Assembly (NCBI GenBank): GCA_964016885.1
Contig: OZ024755.1
Span: forward strand, 26,598,001-26,662,000
DNA: 64,000 bases
Reading direction: 5' to 3'
DNA from: Eledone cirrhosa
Lineage: Eukaryota
Position numbers and translations under genes: made by a program. The notes beneath the pieces were generated by a model. That model made no database searches and had not been told where the DNA came from. It was given only the letters and a program-made list of their open reading frames with translations. This document shows, piece by piece, positions 14,192 to 29,188 of the stretch (its first letter is position 1; the number at the start of each line of letters is the position of its first letter).

Positions 14192-14258
<67 letters not shown>

Positions 14259-14389
14259 AGAGAGGTGGGAGAGAAAAACAGGTTTTTTTTTCTTACCACA
14301 GTTTATGCAACCACTAAATAAAGGTAGCCAAAACCACACAACAACCAAAACAATTGCACACACATTACATACATATATAAATACACGCA

Positions 14390-14600
14390 CTCTATTCGCT
14401 TTTTACGCGAACTTGACGTACACGAATTCGCTTTAACGCCTCTTAAAAAAATATTATTAAATATTCAATTTGCGCGAATAACGTGCTATAACGCGTATGG
14501 CTTTTAATATTTTTATTCATCAGAAAATTTGATTTGAATTGTGCGAATTTGTTTTACGCGCCACGTTCACAAATACATCCTCGTGTAAAAAGCGGACTAT
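14390..14600. mobile_element. MITE with imperfect terminal inverted repeats
   Basis: TATTCGCTTTTTACGCGA at the left end versus TCGTGTAAAAAGCGGACTA at the right end. CpG-rich interior. Confidence 0.5.
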
Positions 14601-14620
14601 ATATATATATATATATATAT

Positions 14621-14810
14621 ATCGCTGCCATGTCCTGCGTCTCCAACAGACCAGTGTCTGTCCTTAGGGCATCAACATACGTTAACTTTGGTCTTCCTCT
14701 TCTAGTGTGTCCATGTAGAGGCTCCCAAAGGACATGGCAGCGATAATGAGGGACAGAGATCGCTGGAGAGAACTCATCCATGGATCTCGGGAATTTTATC
14801 CGCCTTAGAT
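14621..14810. mobile_element. RTE-type LINE 3' end with inverted 5' segment, inside (TA)n
   Basis: Minus strand encodes HVLWEPLHGHTRRGRPKLTYVDALRTDTGLLETQDMAA and plus strand encodes DMAAIMRDRDRWRELIHGSREFYPP*. Same family as 48511-48835. Confidence 0.85.
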
Positions 14811-14815
14811 ATATA

Positions 14816-14902
<87 letters not shown>

Positions 14903-15000
14903 GTCCGCATGGCCTCAGCCAGATGGCTGGAACACGTAAAAGAGTAAAAGAGTAAGTAATATATATATATATATATATAATAACATAATACATATATATA

Positions 15001-15136
<136 letters not shown>

Positions 15137-15391
15137 ACCTCACTCTCTTCGTCTTTTGAAGAGAATAAAATAACATAACGTATGAAGATTGAGTCATTAT
15201 AGAAATACGTGCACGCATTTATACCACCTTATATTGATTTGGGAGTATCAATATATTGATAAGTTATATATGGTCCTGTCACTGTATATGTGTGTCTGTG
15301 TTAGTGACGCGTCTGTGGATTTGTTTGTGTTTCTCTCTCTCTCTATCTCTCTTTATATATATGTATATATATAGAGAGAGAGAGTGTGAGA

Positions 15392-15586
15392 GAAATGGAT
15401 TCTACAGGACTAGATCTGTTTCATTCGAAGAAAATTATTAGGGCTTTCCTCATGATTTCCTTCGTATGAGTACGTAACAGTTCTAGTCCTGTAGAAGCCA
15501 TTTCTATATTAAATATTGTATATACTCTACTGTGTATTGCGTACCTTACTTACTTACTGTTGTCACTCCCGATTGAACCCGGGATA
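15392..15586. mobile_element. Family Q palindromic element, diverged copy
   Basis: TTCTACAGGACTAG...CTAGTCCTGTAGAA arms, with a tail reverse-complementary to 12553-12626. Confidence 0.7.
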
Positions 15587-15607
15587 CACACACACACACA
15601 CGCACAG

Positions 15608-15642
<35 letters not shown>

Positions 15643-15954
15643 TACACACATACACACATACATATATATATACCTGTTAAAAACAATTTTTGTGTTTTAT
15701 TCTTCCCCTACCAACGTCGTAACCCTTACTTTCGTTAGTATTGATTCACCGCACACTTATGCAGCACATACACAAGAGTGCTGCTGCTAATAGTTTATCA
15801 GTTAAGGACGTGAACTGATAGGAAAGACGTTCAACAGCAAAACAACAGTAACACCATCACTAAGAGCAGCCGATAGATACACTAGCAGCAGCTTACAACA
15901 GAAACAGCTCCACAGTTGGATTTATAACACACAAACATCTCTATTCACTATCAT

Positions 15955-16012
15955 CTACTACTACTACTACTACTACTACTACTGCTGCTGCTTGGGCTGT
16001 GTTGTTCTGCTG

Positions 16013-16067
<55 letters not shown>

Positions 16068-16157
16068 AAACTACTACTACTGCTGCTGTTGTTGTTGTTG
16101 CTACTGCTGCTGCTGCTGTTGTTGTTGTTGTTACTACTACTACCACTGCTGCTGCTG

Positions 16158-16244
<87 letters not shown>

Positions 16245-16474
16245 GTGGTGCTACCACTACTACCACTGCTTCTGCTGCTGCTATTACTACTACTATTACT
16301 ACTACCACAGCACCCCCACCATCACAATCACCACAACTACTACTACTCTTATTTATACTACCATGACCACCACCACCACCACCACCACTACCACTACCAC
16401 AGCTATTGTTTCTACTACTACTACTACAAGCAACACCACTACCACTACCACCACTATTGCTGCTGCTGCTGCTG

Positions 16475-16535
<61 letters not shown>

Positions 16536-16710
16536 AAGCAACACTACCATCACCACAACCACTACCACCACTATTGATACTACTACTACTACTACAAGCA
16601 ACACTACCATCACCACGACCACTATCATCACTATTGATACTACTATTACTACTACTACTACTACTACTACTACTACAAGCAACACCACCACCACCACGAC
16701 CACTACCACA

Positions 16711-16790
<80 letters not shown>

Positions 16791-17133
16791 CACTACTACC
16801 ACTACTACTACTACTACCACTACCACTAGCAGAACAACAACATGAATCCGCAGAAGCCATACCACCGCCACCATTACAATCACTTCGGCTCGCTAACTTC
16901 TGTAGTATCACGTCTACTATACCGGAATTGGCCTGATTGTGATCACAGGCATCTGAGGTACCAGTGCCACCACTGCCATCGCCATCGTCATCATCATATC
17001 ATCATCATCATCATCATCATCATCGTCGTCATCGTCATCGTCATCATCAGTATCATCATAAATACCAGTCATAAACACCATCATCATAATCATCATCATT
17101 ATCATCACCATAAACACCCTCATCATCATCACC

Positions 17134-17165
<32 letters not shown>

Positions 17166-17934
17166 CGTCATAAACATCATCATCATCGTAAACATCATCG
17201 TCATAAACATTATCATCATCATCATCATCATAAATATCATCATTATCAACGTTATCATCATCATCACAATTATCATCACCAATATCACAACAACACCACC
17301 AACACCACCACCAACGACAATAACAACATTAACACCACCAACGACAATAACACCACCACCACCAACACCACCACCACCAACGACAATAACAACACTAACA
17401 CCACCACCACCACCACCACCAACGACAATAACACCAACACCACCACCAACGACAATAACACCACCACCACCACCAACGACAATAACACCAACACCACCAC
17501 CAACGACAATAACACCACCACCACCACCAACGACAATAACACCACCACCACCACCGACGACAATAACAACACCAACAACACCACCACCACCACCGACAAT
17601 AACAACACCAACAACACCAACACCACCACTACCACCAACGACAATAACACCACCACCACCAACAACGACAATAACACCACCACCACCACCAACGACAATA
17701 ACAACACCAACAACACCACCACCACCAGCGACAATAACAACACCAACAACACCAACACCACCACCACCACCACCAACGACAACGACAACAACAACACCAA
17801 CAACACCAACAACAATAACATGAATACCGGCATCAAAATTACTAAAGCCATCACCATTATGATCCCTACCATGAACTCCACAACAACAACAACAACAACA
17901 CCAACAACAACTACAACAACAGCACCACCACCAA

Positions 17935-17969
<35 letters not shown>

Positions 17970-18035
17970 CCAACACCAACAACAACAACTACAACAGCAC
18001 CACCACCACCACCAACAACAACAACAACTACACGA
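15955..18035. repeat. 2-kb mosaic of trinucleotide microsatellites (TAC, TGC, CAT, CAC/AAC)
   Basis: Direct inspection. Produces spurious low-complexity ORFs in all frames. Confidence 0.95.
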
Positions 18036-18314
18036 TAGTATAAGTACTAGATATATTGAAAAATCAATGTTTACTAAGATGAGAGGAAACTATCATTACG
18101 GTTTGATGTTACAATTTCCACTGGGAGTACAATATCAGTTTTATTACATACTTCACAATAGATGTCTTCATCTCGGCATGAAGGAATATTTCGTTCATGG
18201 CTTCTTTCGATATATATCTATATTTATATCTATATCTATATCTAAATTCACATCAACGTACATCTATATGTTTATATCCATTGCCATAGTCATAAAACAG
18301 TTTGAACATTTAGG

Positions 18315-18397
18315 TATGTATGTATGTATGTATGTATGTATGTATGTATGTATGTATGTATGTATGTATGTATGTATGTATGTATGTATGTATGTAT
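18315..18397. repeat. (TATG)n microsatellite
   Basis: Direct inspection. Another at 39523-39600. Confidence 0.97.
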
Positions 18398-18594
18398 GCA
18401 TACACAAGATACACAAACACACATATGTATATATGTATATATATGTGTGTCTGTGCTTCTGTGTGCAAGGATGTACACTGACGCGCGCACACACACACAC
18501 GCACACGCACACACACACACGGTTCTTATATATTTGATATATATTTATCCTTATCGAGCACTCTTTAGATTTTAGTCTTCAAATTTATTATTAT

Positions 18595-18639
<45 letters not shown>

Positions 18640-18642
<3 letters not shown>

Positions 18643-18794
18643 TATACCAGAGTACTCGATACTTGAGGTAGTAGAGTGGGTAATAGGAAAAGATTCAGGA
18701 CCCCGACGGCTGAGCTCCGGCCGTTTCGACAGCTAGATCTCAACGCTCTAATCTAGCTGTCGAAACGGCCGGAGTTCAACCGTCGGAGTCCTGA
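18640..18794. mobile_element. Family P palindromic element, divergent subfamily
   Basis: CCAGAGTACTC..GGTAGTAGAGTGGGTAATAGGAAAA tail and 44-bp inverted arms 18695-18738 and 18751-18794. Confidence 0.7.
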
Positions 18795-18935
18795 TTACGT
18801 TCATATATTGCCAATAAGAAACACACGCACATGGTGCGTGTGTTTCTTATTGGCAACATGACCCTCCCAAAGTATAACAATATCGGTTTTAACACACGAT
18901 TTCAGATAAAGAATCTTGCTAAACAAATTCAGAAA

Positions 18936-18982
<47 letters not shown>

Positions 18983-19322
18983 AAAGAATAGAGGTGTAAC
19001 ACACAAGTTATTATATATTGGTAAACGGAATAGAAAATGCTGACAAATTGTTCACAGTTGAAAAATGGTTTAATTAGGAATAAAAGAATAATTAGGAATT
19101 TTGAGATAGAGTGTCCGTGTTGTTTGCTCTGATCAAACAACACGGACACTCTATCTCAAAATTATTTTTGAAAAGCATTTAGAAATGCGCAACCGGTAAA
19201 AACTTAAAAACTTAAAACCACATCTGAATACTAACCCATACAATTACTAATAATACTCTTTTATTCCTAATTAAACCATTTTTCAACTGTGAACAATTTG
19301 TCAGCATTTTCTATTCCGTTTA

Positions 19323-19414
<92 letters not shown>

Positions 19415-19896
19415 ATGTTGAAAAGGTAACACACTAGAGAGAGATAGTGTGCCATCAATAAAACAGGGAAAATCACCAGTGTATGGAATCTATAATCTAT
19501 GAAAGGCAGGATAGACACACAATAATTAAAAATATAAATTAAAATGTATATACACACCTCTATAACTATATAACACACGAGTACAAATCCAAAGAGATCT
19601 GTTTCGCCAGGAAGTTGTTGACTGAAATGGAATAGCCTATGGTCCATCAGCGCGTGCAAGACTATACATTCCAGACAACTCTAAGAGAAATCTAAAGCGA
19701 CCGTCCAGCTACACGTGGCAGGGAGATGTCACAGCGTGTTTTAGGGCAGTGAACCAGTGGTATCTGAGGGACGAGTTGCTAGAAAGGGCAGCCCCCAAAC
19801 CACTCAAAGAAGTGTGCTCAACCAAACAGAGAGAGAGAGGAAAGACTGTTATAAGGAGCGAAATATCACGATAAATTAACGGAGCCGTTAATTTAT

Positions 19897-20180
<284 letters not shown>

Positions 20181-20238
20181 GCAAGTTTGAAGAATTATTA
20201 GATAAAATATATACAGTATTTCCTCTCTCACACACACG

Positions 20239-20310
<72 letters not shown>

Positions 20311-20918
20311 ATATAGTATTATAAATATGTCGGGAGCAACATATATTGAGCAAATACTATTGATTAACTTCCATTTCCATGCTATTATTTAATTTTTACA
20401 TGTGTTCTATATATATACACATAATATAACTATCACTTAATCTTATGAAGTTATTTAATAACGATTATTTCACATCTATAAACAATAATTCACCTTTTTC
20501 ACGGTACTTATGCGTAACCACTATATATAATTTACTTGTGTGTGTACATATAGCTGTGTACGTATCCCTGTGTACGTATCCCTGTGTACGCATTTGTATA
20601 TGCGTGAGGGTATGTGTTTGTTTGCATATGTGCACGCAGACGTATGTATGTATGTTCTTATGTATGTATGTTCTCATGTGTGTATGTTATCTCGTGTGTG
20701 TGTTTGTGTATATGTGCGCGTGTGTGTGAGTACACCGAGCTCATCCAACAGCCATTGTGCTTCAAATATATCTATGTTTGATAGCCAATCATTTACTCAT
20801 TAACAAACTTCGAACATATCCGTTCTCTCGCTCTTTCGGGTTGTTGTTTTTTTTCAACCATTAGCCTCAATTTCTGTAAACTTGCCGAGTCTATATTACC
20901 TAGCTTAAATCAATTTGT

Positions 20919-21085
20919 CTACAAGGGTAGTCTGAAAAGATCATAGGTTGCATACATTAATTTCAACTCTTCTTATCAATAATTAAATTGTTTCTTTCCA
21001 GGAACTATGTTTCAAAAATAAACCTCATTTGGTCTTCCATGAGAGTAGCTTGGTCAGTCTATGAACTATTCAGCTGACCCTCGTC
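20919..21085. mobile_element. Mariner-like MITE
   Basis: Ends CAAGGGTAGTCTGAAAAGATCATAG and CTATGAACTATTCAGCTGACCCTCG are imperfect TIRs. Second copy at about 32714-33068. Confidence 0.6.
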
Positions 21086-21660
21086 TCAGTGTTTCATTAT
21101 CTTGTAATAATCACACTATTTCTTTCCCTAGATCTATCTCAATATGTTATTTAATGAAGGTGAAGAAAGGGTTTTGTTACTCTTCTTGCTCCTTCAAATA
21201 AAGTTAGACAGAGAAATAAATAAATAAATAAACATCACTCCTCTGACAAAAGAGCGGCAAAAGGTGTTGAATGACTCAATGGAACATACTTCAACCCCAA
21301 AGCATACTCAGTTCTCTTACAACAAAAAGCAATGAAATATATAAACAACTAATTTTATTAACAAAAGTAGAAACTCAGTGTAGGTCATAAATAAATAAGT
21401 ATCATGTGTTGTATATTGATCTTTAATAATCGTATATTTTTTCTCTTCGTGAAATATTTATTCTGCGTGGTTGAAACACATGATCTTCTCCAGCTTGAAG
21501 TAAAGATCTAACCTGTTAGTTTTATCATATATTTTAGTTGTAATAGTTTAGGCAGATGACGAAGAATAGCGTTAATCACTCTTTATCTAAAGATAACTTA
21601 TTCCCTCAAGTCACCTATGAGATTGGCAAAAGGAAGTTATCTTCAGAATGGTCACCAGTA

Positions 21661-21710
<50 letters not shown>

Positions 21711-21796
21711 CGAGTGTGTGTGTGTGTGTGTGTGTGCGTGTGTGCATGTGTGTGTTTGAATGAATATATGCAGCATTATAACTGATCAGTTATAAT

Positions 21797-21938
21797 GCAT
21801 AGTTACGTCCCTTTACAGTCTGAGTTCAAATCCCGCCGAGGTTAACTTTGCCTTTCATCCTTACGGGGTCGATAAAATAAAGTACCAGTAATGTACTGGG
21901 TAACTGCTGGTCTTGTGCCAAAAGTAGAAACAATTATA
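21797..21938 (+). mobile_element. 5'-truncated SINE family A copy with 16-bp TSD
   Basis: ATTATAACTGATCAGT at 21775-21790 and 21933-21948. Confidence 0.9.
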
Positions 21939-22057
21939 ACTGATCAGTAAGATATGTTCTAACTTGAGTGGATTTGACTGGATAAATTACCAGTGAAGTA
22001 TCTTTATTAAATTAGCCACTATTTCAAATGATGATGTTAGAATTCCTTATCATAGAT

Positions 22058-22500
22058 CAGTGATTCCCAACCTTTTGTGCACCATGCCCCAAAAATTGTT
22101 ATTGCCTCCCCCCCCCCCCCTCCCATAGAAATTTTTTTTATATGAAAACAGCAATGATCAACTGTAAAGTACAAACAAATTGGTGTAAAGGTGGTACCAG
22201 ATACACACAGTAACGTGTTTGAGGAGGAGGTGAGACAGGAGTTTCTCACAGTAATGTGTACCAAAGTTACCTTGGTGTGGGTGGTACCAGATACACACAG
22301 TAACGTGTGAGGAGGAGGAGGTGAAACAGGAGTTTCTCACAGTAATGTGTACCAAAGTTACCTTGGTGTGGGTGGTACCAGATACACACAGTAACGTGTG
22401 AGGAGGAGGAGGTGAAACAGGAGTTTCTCACAGTAATGTGTACCAAAGTTGCCTTGGTGTCAAAGTAATAATGTAAAACTTGAAGTTTGTTCTCATTAAC
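22058..22500. mobile_element. hAT-like transposon end containing a 3x 90-91-bp tandem repeat (22190-22460)
   Basis: CAGTGATTCCCAACCTTTT resembles hAT/Charlie-type TIRs (inference). Tandem units are directly visible. Confidence 0.55.
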
Positions 22501-23723
22501 ATCATTTTCAACTAACTATTGAAATCGGTGGTGGTGGTGTCGTCGTTGTTGATGTTGTTGTTGGTAGTGATGTGTTTGTTGTTGTCGTGGTTATTATTTT
22601 GTAGTTGTGTTAGTAAGTTCCTTATTTTAAACTGAATACCATTAGTAACGCCCGTTAGGAAAATAATCCCTCTTCAGATGAACTAAAAGTAGAAAATGTT
22701 TTTCAAAGTTTATTGTTAGACGATCTCTGCAAACCCCAACAAACAATGGAGTTAGAGAATACGATTGATATTAAATTTAAATATTTGAAACTGTGACTTA
22801 TACAGACCACATATCAGGAACGAAAACATCTTGATAAACGGCGTGTCTCGTGCTCGTTAAATCTGTTGGAGCCCATCCTGCTCCAGATCTGAACATAGAC
22901 GATTTCTTCCAGAGAAGGATAGAGAGTGAGAAAGTGTTAGTGAGAACACGATACAGATGAATAATCGACCCCAGTACTGGACTAATACCGTTTTTTTATC
23001 GACTTCGAACAACTGAAAGGTAAAGCTGACCTCGACAGGATTTGATCTCAGAACGCCGGAAGGAAAACCACAAAACATTCTATTCGACCTTTTAATGATT
23101 ATATTGGAGTAATAGAAGATGAAAATAGAGTGAACGGTTGGTTTGTGGTATAACAGTTGCGGCGTTTTAAGGACCTTTGACAGTCATTTATATAGCCAGA
23201 AAAAAATCTGAAAATATTTTCCTAAATTATCAGAACACTTAAATATGAACAGGTCTACAAATAAAATTGTTATTTCAAGCTGCATATCACTAGGTTTTGA
23301 TGTTGTGTTTTGTGTTCGATTTTTGATTGTTTTTGTAGTTTTTATCGTTGGTGTTCTTTTATTATTTTTTTAATCAATAGCTCGATAGAAGCGGTCTTCA
23401 CCAACTCAAATTATAAAATGTTGTCAGCGATGTAACATTTCCATAAATCTTGAATAAAACATCAGACACGGAATATAGTTGTGTTAGAAGTAAAAAAAAT
23501 AATAAAAGTTTTGCTTGTGATTTTAAGATTACTTCGTGACAGGTTTTCAAAAAAAAAAAAGAAAATTTGTTTGTCTGGAATGTTCCAAAAACAATGGCAA
23601 TGTCTTAGCGAAATAGGAAATGAATTTAGAAAGCTAAGGAAAAATGGTAATTGATGATTTCCTATGTAGATGCGTGTAACTAAAAATATGTTATATGAGT
23701 ATATGTTTCAAAGTGTGGGTATG

Positions 23724-24268
<545 letters not shown>

Positions 24269-25219
24269 GTGTGAGAGAGAGTGTGTGTGTGTGTCTGTGT
24301 GTGTATGTGTGTCTAGCTTGCAATTTTAAAAAGCATTCAATTTTCACGAGACAAAGCATTTATCTAGATGTACTTGTCTTACTGCGTTCGTGAATATCAT
24401 CAGCATTATGTCAAACTGAACAATGACAGTCGATGGATTCCTAAATGTATGAGCACGCGCTCACCCACAAATACATAACCTCACAGTCACACGGGAATAC
24501 AGCCACACAGTCACACAGCAATATAGTCACACAGCCATATAGCCATATAGCCGTATAGCCACGCACACATCAAGCCATATACATAAAAAAAATGTTAATA
24601 TGTTCAAATAGTTAAAGCAGCCGATTGGAGGAAATGTTAGAGTTTCTGATATAATTCCTTGTACTATTCGTTCCAGTTGTGTGAGTTCACATATCACCAT
24701 TGTCAACATAGCTTCGATCCTTCCGGGGTCTATAAATAAGCTACCAACCCAGTATCTATTCTCAACTTAATGTTTGTTTGTAACAAAATGTATCATTGAC
24801 AGTGAAGTAAATACGGTCGCTCTTTTCTATCTATATAGCGTCTTAGTCTCGACATCACTCGCGGTAATGCTGCGAGCGTGTTGGTTTGCATCAAAAATTT
24901 CCGACCTAGTGTTTATATGTTGTTTTTTTTTGCTTTGATTGTATATTTTTGTGTATTAAGGTTCCTAACAATAATTGAATATATGTATGTACTTCTATTT
25001 AATCTTATATATGTGTTATATGATAATAAAGAGGTATGTATGTATCTATCTATCTATTTATTTATATCGTTGATCATTTTTGTAGTTCCCCTTCTTACAT
25101 TATCACGCTAATACCACTTGAGTATTACACACATACTTATCTATATGCATACATACATACATACATAACTACATACATACATACATAAATACAAGCATAC
25201 ACACACACATACATGTATG

Positions 25220-25300
<81 letters not shown>

Positions 25301-27406
25301 GAAAAGCTGTTATTACTTTTCCTATTGATGTCTAGCTCCAGATCGATTAGTCCTTTGATCAAAGACACTCCAATGGTTAGCAATTAGTATTTTTGTATAT
25401 CAAGATCTACAGTATCTGCTCTATCCTTCTTTATGATAATAATGGTTTGAGAAAAAACAAATTTTTTTTCCTAATAGCTTGAACTATCACATAACTGTTG
25501 TATGTCTAAATTAAAAACCACTGTTAAGAATAAAGTAATAGGCATATATCATGTCATTAAATTAATAAATGTCCAGTCATGAAGAACTGTGTGTGTCGCC
25601 ATCATTCGACCGACTAGACATAATAACCAAATCTCCCTCAAGTCCAAACATACCATCTTTAAAAATCAGATTAGGACATTGCACAATGTAATTAATTCTA
25701 AATACAGTTTGTCTGAGAAACAAAAGGTGGATATTTATGGTTGGTTTAATAGCATGAACCCAAAGCTGAACAAAAATCACAATACCCATGAATTATTATA
25801 GTATATGATATTATGTATTATTTCTGCTTATCAAGGTGTTCATGTGTTCTGCTTAACACAACATTAACTATGGAACAACGTCTAAGACACAATCAAAATC
25901 TTTAACATAATAAAACAAAGCTGTTAAAATCTGTAACGTTATGCTTTAAAATACAAATAAATAAATTGATAAAACGTTGTATTTCTAGAGCTTACGCTAA
26001 TGATAATTAATAGTGAAAATTATTTTAGTTGTTAGCATTGACACCATCGAAGACTGGACGTTTGTATTCCTTTCTACCACGTTCCTGACAATAACATCTG
26101 TAATTCCAATATTGCCTTATATATAATATTCAACTGAATTATAAAATTATGGCTTTAATTAGTGTCTAGGAATAAGTATTGTAAGAATATATAGCGAAAT
26201 TTACATAATTAAGTGTCAATTCGGGTTAACCTAGCATTCATTTAAATATTTTAATAAATATCATTTATTGTAAATTGGAATCGATGTTCGCGTCGGTGGG
26301 CTGAATAAGAATTTTTCTTAGTGTGTTCATGTCTATACATGTGTTTCTATTCCACATGTCGACGACGATTGGCTCCAATTTATCTGGCTGTGTATATTGT
26401 AATAAAACTATATCCTATCTATTGAGTGACATATCTTCCAAATGCTGATCCCGAATCTAAATATTTGTTTTAGGTATGTATGAATTCTTTGTTTCATAAA
26501 GATCTTGGTGGCAGTTTTGTTCTATAACTTACTGGGTTGTACGAATATAACTGATTACATGGGATAGCACAGGAGACATTGTTTTGATGTAGTGCGTTAA
26601 GAGTAAGTTAACTTAAAACAACTCCTCAACCTCTAGCCAGACGACAAGTTAAATTAAACACAGATAGCAGTAAGAGAACCTTTACGCTTTTGATCGACAT
26701 GGTAGAAATTGCAGCTAAATTTTCTTGGGATCACACTCTATCTTAAAAAAAAAAAATTATGAACACATTATGAAAATGAACACATTATGAAAATGGAGAC
26801 TCACATTCACCTGAAAAAGGGCTGATAATAGTTGAAAGGACTCGATCATAGATCTGCTTGATCTCAGTTGATCTGGGGGATTAAATAGAGAAACAACCAG
26901 TTGAGCTGTTCGTATCCTCTCATGGGTTACATATTTACAAGAAACTGAATGGAGTAATTTGATAGTTTAATAATTAAGTACTGGTATATCTCAGTACTGG
27001 CGAGAATACGCGATATCAATGTTTTAGCTGACTGCTGAGTATGCTACACAGCAATGTATAATATCTAAAGATATTGATACTTTAATATCAATACTGAGAC
27101 AGAAATAACAATAATGTATTGTACATTAATCAATTGTCTATAAGAATCGATCCTCATTTTATATAGGTTGGTAGTTATATTAATAGTTGTTAAGAATACA
27201 GACATTAGTCATACTTGAGGTTGGGACAAAATATTAAAGTAGCTTTCATAAAGATATGAGATTAGAGGATAAAGAATAGTTGAGCCATAAAAAATTGACT
27301 GAGTTGACAAAATAGGTGTATGTATATATATATATATATATATAAATATATATATAAATATCTATATAGATATATCTATATATAAATATCTATATATATA
27401 TATATC

Positions 27407-27443
<37 letters not shown>

Positions 27444-27643
27444 ATATATATATCTCTCTCTCTATATATATATATCTATATATATATCTCTATATATCTC
27501 TCTCTCTCTATATATATATATATATCTATATATATATATCTATATATATATATATATAATAGACGCACGCACACACACATTGATAAATTATAATTGTCAG
27601 AAGAGGTAATAAAACACTGTTTATCTCTTGGATGAAAAACTAT

Positions 27644-27828
27644 TAATTGTTTCTACTTTTGGCACATGACCAGCAATTGTCTTAGTGTATTACAGGTATT
27701 TTATTTTATCGACCCCGTAAGGATGAAGGGTAAAGTTAACCTCGGCGGGATTTGAACTCAGAATGGCAAGGGCCATAACTCTATGCTGCAAAGCATGGCG
27801 TCCGACCCTCTACCGATACTGCCAATCC
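27644..27828 (-). mobile_element. SINE family A copy
   Basis: Reverse complement of the family consensus. Confidence 0.9.
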
Positions 27829-28753
27829 AACAAACTATATTAATAAAACATTACATATAATTTGAATCTTTTACTCTCGTTTCGCACGAATTAAATTTAG
27901 TTGTTATTAAAAGGATAGTCAACCCGAAAGCTCCCTATGTAATTTGTCGCATCTCTTTAAGCAGAGCTATCCTAGTTCAGTTAGGCGGTGAATTTCTTAA
28001 AAAAATATTTCTCCATTTTTAGTCGGATCTTTGGATCATTCCTTGATAATTTATAAAAAAAGGAATATTTAGAATATACACAGTCTGATATTTAGAAATT
28101 GCTAAATGTTCGCTTAGTGGCATTTTCCTTAATTCCAGTATTTGTATAGGTTATTGGTATAATCTGACTCGTTTCCACAAGAAGTTGCCAGTCTGAGCGA
28201 TCAGACCATTGTGGCGAGACAGACTACACAATACATCAGATTTCCTGTTTTGCAGTTAGTTTCTGTCATCATTTTATAGAATTACCCGTTTTTTTTAATT
28301 TTGTCTCGGAACCTGTTTTCACATAGTTACAGGTACATTAATGAATATCCCACATTTGCTATCTCTATACGTTCTAAGGGAAAATTTGAAAATCGGTTTT
28401 CTTGAAAAATGTCATGATCATAGTCTCGAAGCTTAGCAGACAGACTCACTGCAACCTCAACTTCTCATGGAGGTCTCATTCACCAGTATGAGACCTCTAT
28501 GAGAACTTGAGGATGGAACGCAAGCATTGTTGGTGGAAATGCTCACAGTATATTTTCTATGTCTCACTACAACTTCATTCTAAACAAAAATACGTAGAAC
28601 GAACAAACATGACCATCCACCTCCTCTATCAGCCACTCCTGGTGAATGCAAATCTGTGCATGAGGGTAGTAGAGTGGTATTGCATAATATTTCGCCCAGG
28701 CTGCACGATGGTTTGAACAAACTGCCGGAAAGATACATATGAGACAACGCATA

Positions 28754-28829
<76 letters not shown>

Positions 28830-28843
28830 CACACACATATATA

Positions 28844-29041
28844 TAACGAAGGAAGTATGGTAAGGAACCTTATGGACCATAACGCACCAGAGTACTCAAT
28901 ACTTAGGGTAGTAGAGTGGGCAATAGGAAAAAGTTTAACCCCGACGGCAGAGCTCAAGCCGTTTCGACGGCTATTTCTGGACTCTGAGTCCAGAAATAGC
29001 CGTCGAAACGGTTTGATCTCTGCCGTTGGGGTAAACTTTTT

Positions 29042-29129
<88 letters not shown>

Positions 29130-29188
29130 AAAAAGTTTACCCCAACGGCAGAGATCAAACCGTTTCGACGGCTATTTCTGGACTCAGA
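28844..29188. mobile_element. Family P element with three alternating-orientation arms
   Basis: Arms at 28923-28984, 28986-29046 (inverted) and 29126-29188 (re-inverted), with (TA)n between arms 2 and 3. Confidence 0.8.

Noticed and set aside
15979-18038. Long ORFs (310 aa Ser/Gly-rich; 398 aa His/Thr/Asn-rich)
   Set aside because: They are read-throughs of trinucleotide microsatellites open in several frames and both strands, with no domain or splice evidence
19038-19080. CTGACA..hairpin..GAAAA inside the 68-bp inverted arm
   Set aside because: Stems I and III do not form
19590-19660. Minus-strand CTGATGG..TGGC-GAAAC-AGATCT
   Set aside because: Core and cleavage triplet deviate and there is no stem I
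22190-22460. Regularly spaced repeats resembling a CRISPR array
   Set aside because: Whole 90-91-bp units are repeated with no unique spacers, there are no cas genes, and the context is eukaryotic
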